Assembly: GCA_051646165.1 (NCBI GenBank)
Contig: JBOFCR010000062.1
Location: forward strand, 785 to 64,784
Direction of reading: 5' to 3'
DNA from: Pseudomonas sp.
GTDB taxonomy: Bacteria; Pseudomonadota; Gammaproteobacteria; Pseudomonadales; Pseudomonadaceae
Length of the DNA stretch: 64,000 nucleotides
The notes beneath the pieces were generated by a model. The model did no database searches. It was not told where the DNA came from and saw only the letters and a list, made by a program, of their open reading frames with translations. Numbering within the stretch: position 1 is the stretch's first letter; every line of letters starts with the position of its first letter. Made by a program: the position numbers and the translations under genes. Shown in pieces: positions 1 to 11,698 of this stretch.

Positions 1-636
1 CTGCTCGAAGGTGGCCAGCAGGTGATCCTCACCAGCGACCGCTACCCGAAGGAAATCGAAGGCCTGGAAGAACGTCTCAAGTCGCGCTTCGGCTGGGGCC
101 TGACCGTAGCGGTCGAGCCGCCGGAACTGGAAACCCGCGTAGCTATCCTGATGAAGAAGGCCGAGCAGACCAAGGTCGATCTGCCGCACGACGCTGCCTT
201 TTTTATCGCCCAGCGCATCCGCTCCAACGTGCGCGAACTGGAAGGTGCGCTGAAACGGGTAATCGCCCACTCGCACTTCACCAACCAGCCGATCACCATC
301 GAGCTGATCCGCGAGTCGCTGAAAGACCTGCTGGCCCTGCAGGACAAGCTGGTCAGCGTGGACAATATCCAGCGCACCGTGGCCGAGTACTACAAGATCA
401 AGATTGCCGATCTGCTTTCGAAGCGGCGCTCGCGTTCCGTGGCGCGACCACGCCAGGTGGCCATGGCCTTGTCGAAAGAATTGACCAACCACAGCCTGCC
501 GGAAATCGGCGATGCATTTGGCGGAAGAGACCACACCACAGTTCTGCACGCCTGTCGTAAGATTGCCGAACTGCGGGAATCCGACGCGGATATCCGCGAG
601 GACTACAAGAACCTGCTGCGCACCCTGACTACCTGA
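1..636 (+). CDS. dnaA: Chromosomal replication initiator DnaA (5'-truncated by window edge)
   Basis: Open frame from position 1; AAA+ C-terminal part and domain IV motifs ([32 protein letters not shown]); followed by dnaN-recF-gyrB. Confidence 0.98.
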   Translation: MLEGGQQVILTSDRYPKEIEGLEERLKSRFGWGLTVAVEPPELETRVAILMKKAEQTKVDLPHDAAFFIAQRIRSNVRELEGALKRVIAHSHFTNQPITIELIRESLKDLLALQDKLVSVDNIQRTVAEYYKIKIADLLSKRRSRSVARPRQVAMALSKELTNHSLPEIGDAFGGRDHTTVLHACRKIAELRESDADIREDYKNLLRTLTT

Positions 637-667
637 CACGCAGCCACATTAGGCAAGGGACTAGACC

Positions 668-1771
668 ATGCATTTCACCATTCAACGCGAAGCCCTGTTG
701 AAACCCCTGCAGCTGGTCGCCGGCGTCGTCGAACGCCGCCAGACCCTGCCGGTCCTCTCCAACGTGCTACTGGTAGTCGATGGCCAACAGCTGTCGCTGA
801 CCGGTACCGATCTGGAGGTCGAGCTGGTCGGCCGGGTCACCCTGGAAGACAGCGCCGAGCCGGGCGAAATTACCGTGCCGGCGCGCAAGCTGATGGATAT
901 CTGCAAGAGCCTGCCGAACGATGCGCTGATCGATATCCGCGTCGACGAGCAGAAGCTGGTGGTCAAGGCCGGACGCAGCCGCTTCACCCTGTCGACCCTG
1001 CCGGCCAACGACTTCCCGACGGTGGAAGAAGGCCCGGGCTCGTTCACCTTCAGCCTGATCCAGAGCAAGCTGCGCCGTCTGATCGAGCGCACCAGTTTCG
1101 CCATGGCCCAGCAGGACGTGCGCTACTACCTCAACGGCATGCTGATCGAAGTACAGACTGGCGTGCTGCGTGCCGTCGCCACCGATGGTCACCGCCTGGC
1201 CATGTGCGCCATGGAAGCGGCCATCGAGAACACCGAGAAGCACCAGGTCATCGTGCCGCGCAAAGGCATTCTCGAACTGGCCCGTCTGCTCACCGAGCAG
1301 GATGGCGAAGTGGCTATCGTCCTCGGCCAGAATCATATTCGCGCGACCACCGGCGACTTCACCTTCACCTCCAAGCTGGTCGACGGTAAGTTCCCCGACT
1401 ACGAGCGCGTGCTGCCACGCGGTGGTGACAAACTGGTTATCGGTGATCGCCAGGCGCTGCGTGAAGCGTTCAGCCGTACCTCGATTCTGTCCAACGAGAA
1501 GTACCGTGGTATCCGTCTGCAACTGGCCAGCGGTCAGCTGAAAATTCAGGCGAATAACCCGGAGCAGGAAGAAGCGGAAGAAGAAGTGGCAGTCGACTAC
1601 AACGGCGGTTCGCTGGAGATCGGTTTCAACGTCAGCTACCTGCTCGACGTGCTGGGCGTGATGACCACCGAACAAGTGCGTCTGATCCTCTCCGATGCCA
1701 ACAGCAGTGCCTTGGTTCAGGAAGCGGGTAACGACGACTCGTCCTACGTTGTCATGCCGATGCGCCTGTAA
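668..1771 (+). CDS. dnaN: DNA polymerase III beta sliding clamp
   Basis: 367 aa, MHFTIQREALLKPLQLVAGVVERRQTLPVLSN start, C-terminal YVVMPMRL; synteny. Confidence 0.98.
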   Translation: MHFTIQREALLKPLQLVAGVVERRQTLPVLSNVLLVVDGQQLSLTGTDLEVELVGRVTLEDSAEPGEITVPARKLMDICKSLPNDALIDIRVDEQKLVVKAGRSRFTLSTLPANDFPTVEEGPGSFTFSLIQSKLRRLIERTSFAMAQQDVRYYLNGMLIEVQTGVLRAVATDGHRLAMCAMEAAIENTEKHQVIVPRKGILELARLLTEQDGEVAIVLGQNHIRATTGDFTFTSKLVDGKFPDYERVLPRGGDKLVIGDRQALREAFSRTSILSNEKYRGIRLQLASGQLKIQANNPEQEEAEEEVAVDYNGGSLEIGFNVSYLLDVLGVMTTEQVRLILSDANSSALVQEAGNDDSSYVVMPMRL

Positions 1772-1778
1772 CCGCTGA

Positions 1779-5305
<3,527 letters not shown>

Positions 5306-5310
5306 TCCAG
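5306..5310 (+). repeat. 5-bp target-site duplication TCCAG (left copy; right copy 14550-14554)
   Basis: TGA|TCCAG|TGTCG at the left end and CGACA|TCCAG|TCAG at the right end. Confidence 0.9.
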
Positions 5311-5317
5311 TGTCGGT

Positions 5318-5390
5318 GGGCACATTTGATGTCATGTACTCACCTATAGAAATCAGATACTTAGCGCCATAAGTGGGCATTTAAAATGTC
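5318..5390 (-). repeat. Two putative transposase (TnsB-like) binding sites in the gyrB-proximal end
   Basis: Reverse complements GACATCAAATGTGCCC (5318-5333) and GACATTTTAAATGCCC (5375-5390), the same motif as the four distal-end sites. Confidence 0.72.
5351..5363 (+). promoter_or_regulatory. Putative IHF binding site between the two proximal-end transposase sites
   Basis: AATCAGATACTTA matches WATCARNNNNTTR at all fixed positions. Confidence 0.6.
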
Positions 5391-5410
5391 GTCTTAGGGA
5401 TCTAAGTAGT

Positions 5411-5444
5411 AAAGAAAAACCCCGGGATTCCGGGGTTTTTCTTT
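5411..5444. terminator. Bidirectional intrinsic terminator carried by the element (gyrB on +, M48 gene on -)
   Basis: Perfect 15-bp inverted repeat AAAGAAAAACCCCGG-gatt-CCGGGGTTTTTCTTT. Confidence 0.88.
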
Positions 5445-5469
5445 TATAAACATAAGCTTAGGTTGTTCT

Positions 5470-6198
5470 TCAGCGATCCCATCGCTCCTCGGCGAGCAGA
5501 CTGGTGTTGAGTTCGTCCCGAACCAATCGCCACTGGGGAAGTTGTTGATCCAACAGAGCAATGAAGCGGTCGTTATGGTGGCGCTCATGCAGGTGAGCCA
5601 GTTCATGCACCAGGATGTACTCCAGGCACTGCACCGGCTTCTTGGCCAGTTCCAGATTGAGCCAGATGCGCCGCGCTTCGATGTTGCAGGTGCCCCATTT
5701 GGTCTTCATCCGCTTGATGCCCCAGGCCCGCGCTTCAACCCTAAGCTTGGGCTGCCATTTCTCCAGCAGCTCCGGCACCAAGCGCTTTAACTCAGCTCGA
5801 TAGAAGTCATGCAGTACCTGCTCGCGGCGTTCGACTGTAGTGTCAGGGCGAACAAACAAATCCATGGTGGCTTTGCCGCGCAGGGCAATACGTAACGCGC
5901 CTGTGGTTTCGTGAACACGTAGGCGGTAGCGACGGCCAAGGAAGTAATGGCTCTCGCCACTGACCATACGCCGCTGGGATTGCCTGGGCTGGGCCTGAAA
6001 CTTTGCCCGCTGGCGTTTGATCCAGCCTAGCTTGCCCACCACGGCCAAGCGCACAGCTTCATCGTCTACCGCCAACGGAGCGGCCACACGCACGCGCCCC
6101 TGCGGCGGATAAACGCCCAGGTGCAGGTTTTTGATCGGCTTGCGCACGACCTCCACGGTCAAACCGCTGACCGTGATGCTGCGCGACTCAGTATTCAT
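5470..6198 (-). CDS. M48/YgjP (DUF45, SprT-like) zinc metalloprotease of the kind found 3' of type I R-M loci
   Basis: MKTKWGTCN and ILVHELAHL (HExxH) motifs; likely ATG at 6198 overlaps the hsdR remnant's end. Confidence 0.85.
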   Translation of the reverse strand: MNTESRSITVSGLTVEVVRKPIKNLHLGVYPPQGRVRVAAPLAVDDEAVRLAVVGKLGWIKRQRAKFQAQPRQSQRRMVSGESHYFLGRRYRLRVHETTGALRIALRGKATMDLFVRPDTTVERREQVLHDFYRAELKRLVPELLEKWQPKLRVEARAWGIKRMKTKWGTCNIEARRIWLNLELAKKPVQCLEYILVHELAHLHERHHNDRFIALLDQQLPQWRLVRDELNTSLLAEERWDR

Positions 6199-6376
6199 GC
6201 TGATGCTTGACCAGTTCAAGCAAGGCTTTCAGCCGCTCGTTGTCTTGCCCGGCCGAGTAGCTGCCCTGCGATTCGGCGGAGTCTTTGCCCCACTGATCCA
6301 GCACGTTCTTAATCGCCAGGCGAACACGTTTGATCTTCATGGAATTGCTGCGCCAGTCGTCCTGCCGGCTACGCAC
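6188..6376 (-). pseudogene. hsdR: 3'-terminal remnant of type I restriction subunit HsdR
   Basis: RQDDWRSNSMKIKRVRLAIKNVL...LLELVKHQHEY* resembles type I HsdR C-termini; lies directly upstream of the M48 gene; no upstream body. Confidence 0.7.
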
Positions 6377-6522
6377 CTGGTGAAAATGGGGTATGCGGTA
6401 TGAGTGCGGAGGTTAAGCCAGGCTATCGAAGGACTGAGGTGGGGGTAATACCAAACGAATGGCAGGTCAAAAGCCTATCTGAAATTTCAGACAAGATCAT
6501 GGTTGGTATTGCCAGTTCAGCG
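6368..6522 (+). pseudogene. hsdS: Inverted fragment: last codons of hsdM (ATHLVKMGYAV*) plus first 41 codons of hsdS
   Basis: ATGA stop/start overlap at 6400-6403; MSAEVKPGYRRTEVGVIPNEWQVKSLSEI is a typical HsdS N-terminus; opposite strand to the flanking hsdM and hsdR remnants. Confidence 0.75.
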
Positions 6523-6704
6523 AAGCTACCGCCCTCGGGCACCTCAATCAGAGAGTTGGGGTCACCAGCGTACTTGTCCGAAACGTACTTCACGAACAGC
6601 AGTACCAGGACGTAGTCCTTGTACTGCGAGGCATCCATGCCGCCGCGCAGCTCGTCGCAGGATTTCCACAGGGAGGAATAGAGTTCGGATTTCTTGATGG
6701 CCAT
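6516..6704 (-). pseudogene. hsdM: 5' remnant (~62 codons) of type I methyltransferase HsdM
   Basis: MAIKKSELYSSLWKSCDELRGGMDASQYKDYVLVLLFVKYVSD is the HsdM N-terminal domain; the frame then runs into antisense hsdS and stops at 6423. Confidence 0.85.
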
Positions 6705-6709
6705 TATTT

Positions 6710-6985
6710 TTGCCTTACCGCTTTCGGGGCGAAGATTTTTTGAGTGCCTCGTCAATATCGCGAAGCGCTGAAACGCTTCGAACTGCCGCGCGGTGCTGGC
6801 AGGAGGCGCAGTTGATTCGTGCCTATCTAGATGCTCTTGAGCAGGGGGCCCAATCGAGCCAAGAAGGGGTGAGCGATGCTCAACGCGACTATTTGCATTG
6901 GGCGCGGGCTAAGGCCAATTGGCTGGATCCATTAGTTGATTCGCCGGATGCCATCTTGGATCAGGTAATCCGGGTGCCCTACTGA
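6710..6985 (+). pseudogene. Probable C-terminal remnant of a hypothetical protein
   Basis: WQEAQLIRAYLDAL...YLHWARAKANWLDPL looks like a conserved helical C-terminus; no convincing start or RBS. Confidence 0.4.
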
Positions 6986-7013
6986 CTGAGCGGACGCCAA
7001 GGGAGTCGATGCT

Positions 7014-7460
7014 ATGTTGGAGCTGCGGCCATATCGGCCCGAACCTGTTGTTGCATCCGGTTTCTGGGAGCAACTAGGAATCCCCCTACAGGGGAATGCC
7101 CTCATTGAGCAGGTACGGGCCGGATTTTCCTTTGCCACTCTAGAGCGTTTGGCCGTCGCATCTGCGTTTACCGAGACAGAGCTGGCGGGCATGGTGGGTT
7201 TGTCCCGTTATGCTTTGCGTCAGGGTCGCCGTAAGGGGCGATTGTCGACGCCGCAAAGTGATCGGCTGTACCGGGTAGCTCGCATTATCGCCGCAGCTAG
7301 CGAGTTATTTCGGGGTGATCAGGTGGCTGTAAAGCAATGGCTGGTTGCGCCGCAATTTGGTCTTGGTGGGGTGCAGCCAGTGGCGATGCTTGCTACTGAA
7401 ATTGAGGGAAACGTTGTTCTCAATCTGATTGGCCGAATTGAACATAGCGTTGCTATCTAG
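7014..7460 (+). CDS. Xre/MbcA/ParS-type antitoxin (HTH + DUF2384-like domain), no cognate RES toxin gene
   Basis: RBS AAGGGAG; GRLSTPQSDRLYRVARI and KQWLVAPQFGLGGVQPVAML...VLNLIGRIEH motifs. Confidence 0.8.
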   Translation: MLELRPYRPEPVVASGFWEQLGIPLQGNALIEQVRAGFSFATLERLAVASAFTETELAGMVGLSRYALRQGRRKGRLSTPQSDRLYRVARIIAAASELFRGDQVAVKQWLVAPQFGLGGVQPVAMLATEIEGNVVLNLIGRIEHSVAI

Positions 7461-7585
7461 GCGACTGGCTTCAGTTTTCGCTACGGTTACAGGGGGGGCG
7501 GCCAGCGGTCTGACCTTGATCGGTACATTGAACAAGGTGTGCAGGTTTAAAGTGCCGCACAGAAAAGTCTAGGCGGCTCTTTGCT

Positions 7586-10078
7586 TCACGTTTCTATCAT
7601 GACCGGTGTGGCGATCAGGGTTTCAATGGCGTTGTACAGATCGACGGTCGTCTGCTGTGTCTTGATTGAAACGACCAAGCTATACCGGACACGGTTATTG
7701 AAGCGACCCTCTTTGAGGATGGTTTTCCACCACCCCAGCGCAGGGTAGATCGCCAGCATGCCTAAGCCTGCCAAGTCCGCCGCAGTGCCTCGCCAAATAT
7801 CGGAGTGCAGAGACCCTCGATGCCGTGCTCGTGTGCCGAGCAGCCAGCGTGGATCTGAACCGCCCCCTTGGTAAGTACCCTCTTCTTCGTCGCGGGCACG
7901 TTGGTTGATGCGCTGACGGAAGTCGGTTTCATCTTCACCAGGGCGGCTTACTTCAAATCGTAAGCCGTGCGATTCATAGCGATACCGCCCTTTCACCCCC
8001 CGCTCTGTGACACCGGGGTTGGGCTCGATGAAATACGAGAGGGTGACGCGCATTTCAACATCAGCTGCACCTAGGTCGAGCAGCTCTTGCTTGGGCCAGG
8101 GCAGCAAATGCAAGTGCATGTCACGGGCTGTAGGGTTTTTGGAGCCCTGTCTCATGAACGGCTGGAGTTCGTCTTCGACGACCAGGGTCAAGGAGTCTGC
8201 GGCACTCCAGAGCGCTTGCTCTAAGTTCGGGACACCGAAGCCGCAGGTTCTCACCAGGCCTGCGTAGTCGGCTTTGGCCGACCCGGCTAAGAAGTCCTGT
8301 TGCATGCGCTCGGTCCACTCTGCCGAATGAACCATCAGCGCGCGAACTGTTTCGGGCCATAACTGTGGATATGTGGAGAGAATCTGCGCCGCCATACGTG
8401 CTGCTAACGCCGACGCGGCACTAGTGGCCCAGGTCGTTGCAAATAAGCGTTGTTGCGGTAGGTGTGAGGCGGTCAGCAGTGATAGGGCAGCATGTGTGCA
8501 TGCCCACTGGGAATCTTTAGCAAGGTTGCCACCTTCAAATACCACATCGGGTTTCAGCGGCCATGGAGAGCGCTGCCAGGTTAGTGAGGTGGTACTAAAC
8601 GGACTAAGGCTGCCCCCAGGAGCAAGCGGCTCATAACCAGGGCTAGGCGGGTCGATCCTCACCTTCTGCGTATACGCGCCCACGCTGAGAGCATTCCATG
8701 CCTGTGCGGGATCATGAATGCTATCGCTCAGGTTGCTGTTGGGGTAGTCCAAGTACTTCTGTTCATCGGCATTGCCCGCAGACACGATCATCAGCCGAGG
8801 ATTGTCCCGCTCACCCAGCACATCAAATGCCAAAGCATCCACGGCCGCAGACCAGGCTGAGGGGCGACCTCGGTCTCGACCATCGGTACTGGTGACCGCC
8901 ATGCTGAAAATTCGTTTGCGGTAGGGCTGAGCTATTTCTGGTTCAGATACCGCGCGCATGGTTAGGGCACCAAACGGTTCATCTTGGTTGCCTGACGCCG
9001 CAGGTAAAACTTTCACGGACTCAAGGCGGTGATTTATCACCAGTGGCCCTTGCCCGGACAACGGGTCTGTTAGGTCTCCATAGAGCGCGATGCCAGCTAA
9101 CCCAGTGCCGTGACCGTGATTGTCTTGCGAGCCCCAGCTGGCATCAATGGAATAGAGGTCTGCCATGTTGATGTGAGGTGCCAGGAGGGGGTGGCCGGAG
9201 TTCACGCCTGTATCGAGTAGGCAGACATGAACAGATTCCTGACCGGCGACGGTGGTCCGGCTGAGTAACTCATCGACCCAGGCCCGTTGTTCCGTTGGGG
9301 GCAGTGAATCAAAGAACTCAGCAGTTTCTTTGGCTCTTCGGATCTCCGCGACCTCGTTGAGCAATGACATCGACTGAGTGATTTGAGCTTGTGTCCCATG
9401 AACGTTGAGTACGGTGCGTTCAGGGAAGTGCAAAGTGTGTTGGGAGGTGCGAAATCCGCAGGCTTCGGCGATTGAGCGAAAGCGTTGGAGAACGGCTTCT
9501 CGGCTATCCCGAACAGGGAGCCAAAACTCCCACCAAATGGCTTGCTCTTCATGCTCAGGTAGAGCGGTCCGATCATCTGTCCACAGGGCACCAAATGTGG
9601 CGACTCGGATTTCCTGGATAGTATTCAGGAGCGGCGCGTTGCGAGGATTACCTTTGGCTGTGTCTGTTTCGAGGTATTGCCTGACAAGTCCTTCAAACGC
9701 TTTTAGTTGCCCGTCCGGGACAAATACAGTCGCCAGGGTTGTTTGAGTTTCTCTATCGTGGCGCACGTTGAGCAACTCAATGTGCTGCTGGCTACGGGCC
9801 AGCCCCTCAAACGCAAGCTCGAAACCCGGTTGGCTTTTGAACTCAATCTGAAGACCTAGACCTGCCTCAAGGCCAGAGCGACGCTGAAGCTGAACCGCAT
9901 CTGCTACCTGGTGTCGGACTTGACCGAGCTGCCCTAACAGGGCGATGCCGTGGGCCGCTCGATCCAATCTGGGTAAGCGCTTTTCTCCAACGACGGAAGC
10001 CGTGGATTGGAATCGCTCGGCCTTGCCGGTTCCCTGAAAAAGAAAATGTGGACGCTGTCCTGCGTTCTGTTCCGTCAT
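7586..10078 (-). CDS. S8 subtilisin-like serine protease (IetS-like)
   Basis: 830 aa; catalytic D (LLDTGV), H (HGHGTGLAG), S (ATSAAS); KPDVVFEGGN; directly downstream of an AAA ATPase. Confidence 0.9.
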   Translation of the reverse strand: MTEQNAGQRPHFLFQGTGKAERFQSTASVVGEKRLPRLDRAAHGIALLGQLGQVRHQVADAVQLQRRSGLEAGLGLQIEFKSQPGFELAFEGLARSQQHIELLNVRHDRETQTTLATVFVPDGQLKAFEGLVRQYLETDTAKGNPRNAPLLNTIQEIRVATFGALWTDDRTALPEHEEQAIWWEFWLPVRDSREAVLQRFRSIAEACGFRTSQHTLHFPERTVLNVHGTQAQITQSMSLLNEVAEIRRAKETAEFFDSLPPTEQRAWVDELLSRTTVAGQESVHVCLLDTGVNSGHPLLAPHINMADLYSIDASWGSQDNHGHGTGLAGIALYGDLTDPLSGQGPLVINHRLESVKVLPAASGNQDEPFGALTMRAVSEPEIAQPYRKRIFSMAVTSTDGRDRGRPSAWSAAVDALAFDVLGERDNPRLMIVSAGNADEQKYLDYPNSNLSDSIHDPAQAWNALSVGAYTQKVRIDPPSPGYEPLAPGGSLSPFSTTSLTWQRSPWPLKPDVVFEGGNLAKDSQWACTHAALSLLTASHLPQQRLFATTWATSAASALAARMAAQILSTYPQLWPETVRALMVHSAEWTERMQQDFLAGSAKADYAGLVRTCGFGVPNLEQALWSAADSLTLVVEDELQPFMRQGSKNPTARDMHLHLLPWPKQELLDLGAADVEMRVTLSYFIEPNPGVTERGVKGRYRYESHGLRFEVSRPGEDETDFRQRINQRARDEEEGTYQGGGSDPRWLLGTRARHRGSLHSDIWRGTAADLAGLGMLAIYPALGWWKTILKEGRFNNRVRYSLVVSIKTQQTTVDLYNAIETLIATPVMIET

Positions 10079-10095
10079 TGAAAAGCTTCACTGCC

Positions 10096-11085
10096 TTATG
10101 AGCGCTGTTTCCCGTGGAAAGCCTTGCGCTCCTCAAGGTTCTTCGCCACATCGTCAATTGCCACATTGGTACGATCATGAATGATTGCATCCTTGATCGT
10201 ATCGTCAGTCGCTCGGGCTAATTCTGCATAGCTGAGGCCATCTGCCACTTTGCAAAGGCTATCCCAGCGCTTAATCGATTTTGAGAAATTCGCGAGTCGG
10301 CTTTTCAGTACAGCTTTAATTTGATCCTGGCTGGGTAGGCCGTACTCGATGACATCATCAAAGCGCCGGAACAAGGCGTAGTCGAGGATTTCCGGGTGGT
10401 TCGTCGCCGCGATAATCAAGCTATTTGACTGATCTTGCTCGATCATCTGGAGGAAGCTGTTTAGGACCCGGCGGATCTCACCGACATCGTTGGCCATGCC
10501 TCGCTGGGAGCCAATCGCATCGAACTCGTCGAAGAAGTAGATGCCTCTCGTGTCGCGGATGGCGTCGAAGATCTGCCGGAGCTTGGCAGCGGTTTCACCC
10601 ATGAATTTCGTGATCAGGCTGTCGAACCTTACGACGTAAAGCGGAATGCCTAGCTCACCGGCTAGTGCAGACGCTGTCATCGTTTTGCCTGTTCCAGGAG
10701 GGCCGACCAGCAAGAGTTTTCGTCGAGGAGAGAGACCGTGAGCACGAATTTTCTCAAAATTTCGCTGCTCACTGATGATGCGGGCCAACCGCTGGTGGGT
10801 GCCCTCATCAAGGATCATTTCCGAAAAGCGAGTATGAGGTAGAGCGACGGTTAGTAGATTGCTTAGCTCGCCTCTTGGCTGCCCAATGGGTACAGGCTGC
10901 CCGGACGGCAATTGCTTGGCTCGCGACTTGGCAGAGTCGATGAGCGCTCGCAAATCCTCTGCCAGTTTTCCATGACCCTGTTTTGCCTCATGTGCAGCTA
11001 ACTGCATAGCAACAGCGAGGAAATTGCTGTCATCTCCTTTTATATGTGAGCGCAGTAGTGCTTTGAGGTGTTCGCCGCTAGCCAT
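10096..11085 (-). CDS. AAA+ ATPase (IetA-like)
   Basis: Walker A GPPGTGKT, Walker B FFDEFD, ATNHPEILD/RRFDD second region of homology; 17 bp from the S8 gene. Confidence 0.9.
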   Translation of the reverse strand: MASGEHLKALLRSHIKGDDSNFLAVAMQLAAHEAKQGHGKLAEDLRALIDSAKSRAKQLPSGQPVPIGQPRGELSNLLTVALPHTRFSEMILDEGTHQRLARIISEQRNFEKIRAHGLSPRRKLLLVGPPGTGKTMTASALAGELGIPLYVVRFDSLITKFMGETAAKLRQIFDAIRDTRGIYFFDEFDAIGSQRGMANDVGEIRRVLNSFLQMIEQDQSNSLIIAATNHPEILDYALFRRFDDVIEYGLPSQDQIKAVLKSRLANFSKSIKRWDSLCKVADGLSYAELARATDDTIKDAIIHDRTNVAIDDVAKNLEERKAFHGKQRS

Positions 11086-11216
11086 GATTACCTACCTATT
11101 TGTGGTGATAGTGTAACCTGCTTAGACGTTGTGGTTTCTTTCCGTGCCATACCGATCATCCTCTGATCTTCCCCTCTTTTCGTTCAGTCGTCTGTCGTCG
11201 GAACGAATGCTTCAAC

Positions 11217-11654
11217 CTAGGCAGGAATGAGGGGAACAACATCTGCTTTGGCTAACCCTTTCTCTTCCTGGGAGCGCGGCGCTCCTTTTGCTCTGAATTT
11301 CTCTATCAGAATTCGGGCTTTCTCCGCGTGCTTGGCAAATGGTGCCTTACGAGCCCAGCTTTCAGGACCGGAGCATTCATTTACCCTCACGACGGTATGC
11401 TGGCCATAGCGTCTCTGCATGACTGGTTCAGCGAAGCTCGCAAGCTCTGCCGCTTGAGCATGATCAAGCAGCATGATTTGCGAACCATTCCGGAAGTTGC
11501 AAGGGCGAAGGCCGGGGCCAAGGCATACGTCATAGTGCTCATGAGCATAGAACAGATCGAATCCAGGGCAGCGTTCTGCATCAAGCGCCAATGTGTAGTA
11601 AGTCACTCTGGGTGGAAGCGTCGGGAAGACCGGAATTGAGATAGTGAAAACCAC
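11217..11654 (-). CDS. Hypothetical protein
   Basis: 145-aa ORF co-oriented between the MBL hydrolase and the ATPase; no family recognised. Confidence 0.5.
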   Translation of the reverse strand: MVFTISIPVFPTLPPRVTYYTLALDAERCPGFDLFYAHEHYDVCLGPGLRPCNFRNGSQIMLLDHAQAAELASFAEPVMQRRYGQHTVVRVNECSGPESWARKAPFAKHAEKARILIEKFRAKGAPRSQEEKGLAKADVVPLIPA

Positions 11655-11698
11655 CTTGTCTGCTCCGCTAGTAGCTAGTAGTTGTGGGGGCGTAGACG

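Noticed and set aside
6368-6522. Inverted hsdS segment as a phase-variable shufflon
   Set aside because: No recombinase and no long inverted repeats; the inversion cuts hsdM and accompanies loss of most of hsdM, hsdS and hsdR, so it cannot yield functional alleles.
6400-6755. ORF-track entries 6400-6615 (+) and 6423-6755 (-) as real genes
   Set aside because: Each is a chimera of a true N-terminus and the antisense of the other gene across the inversion junction.
10106-10121. parS-like sequence TGTTTCCCGTGGAAAG in the ATPase 3' end
   Set aside because: Only 13/16, with a mismatch in the CACGTG core; plausibly a by-product of coding sequence.
10096-11085. AAA ATPase as the element's TnsC/TniB
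   Set aside because: Its N-terminus and coupling to an S8 protease match the IetA type; no adjacent DDE transposase or TniQ.
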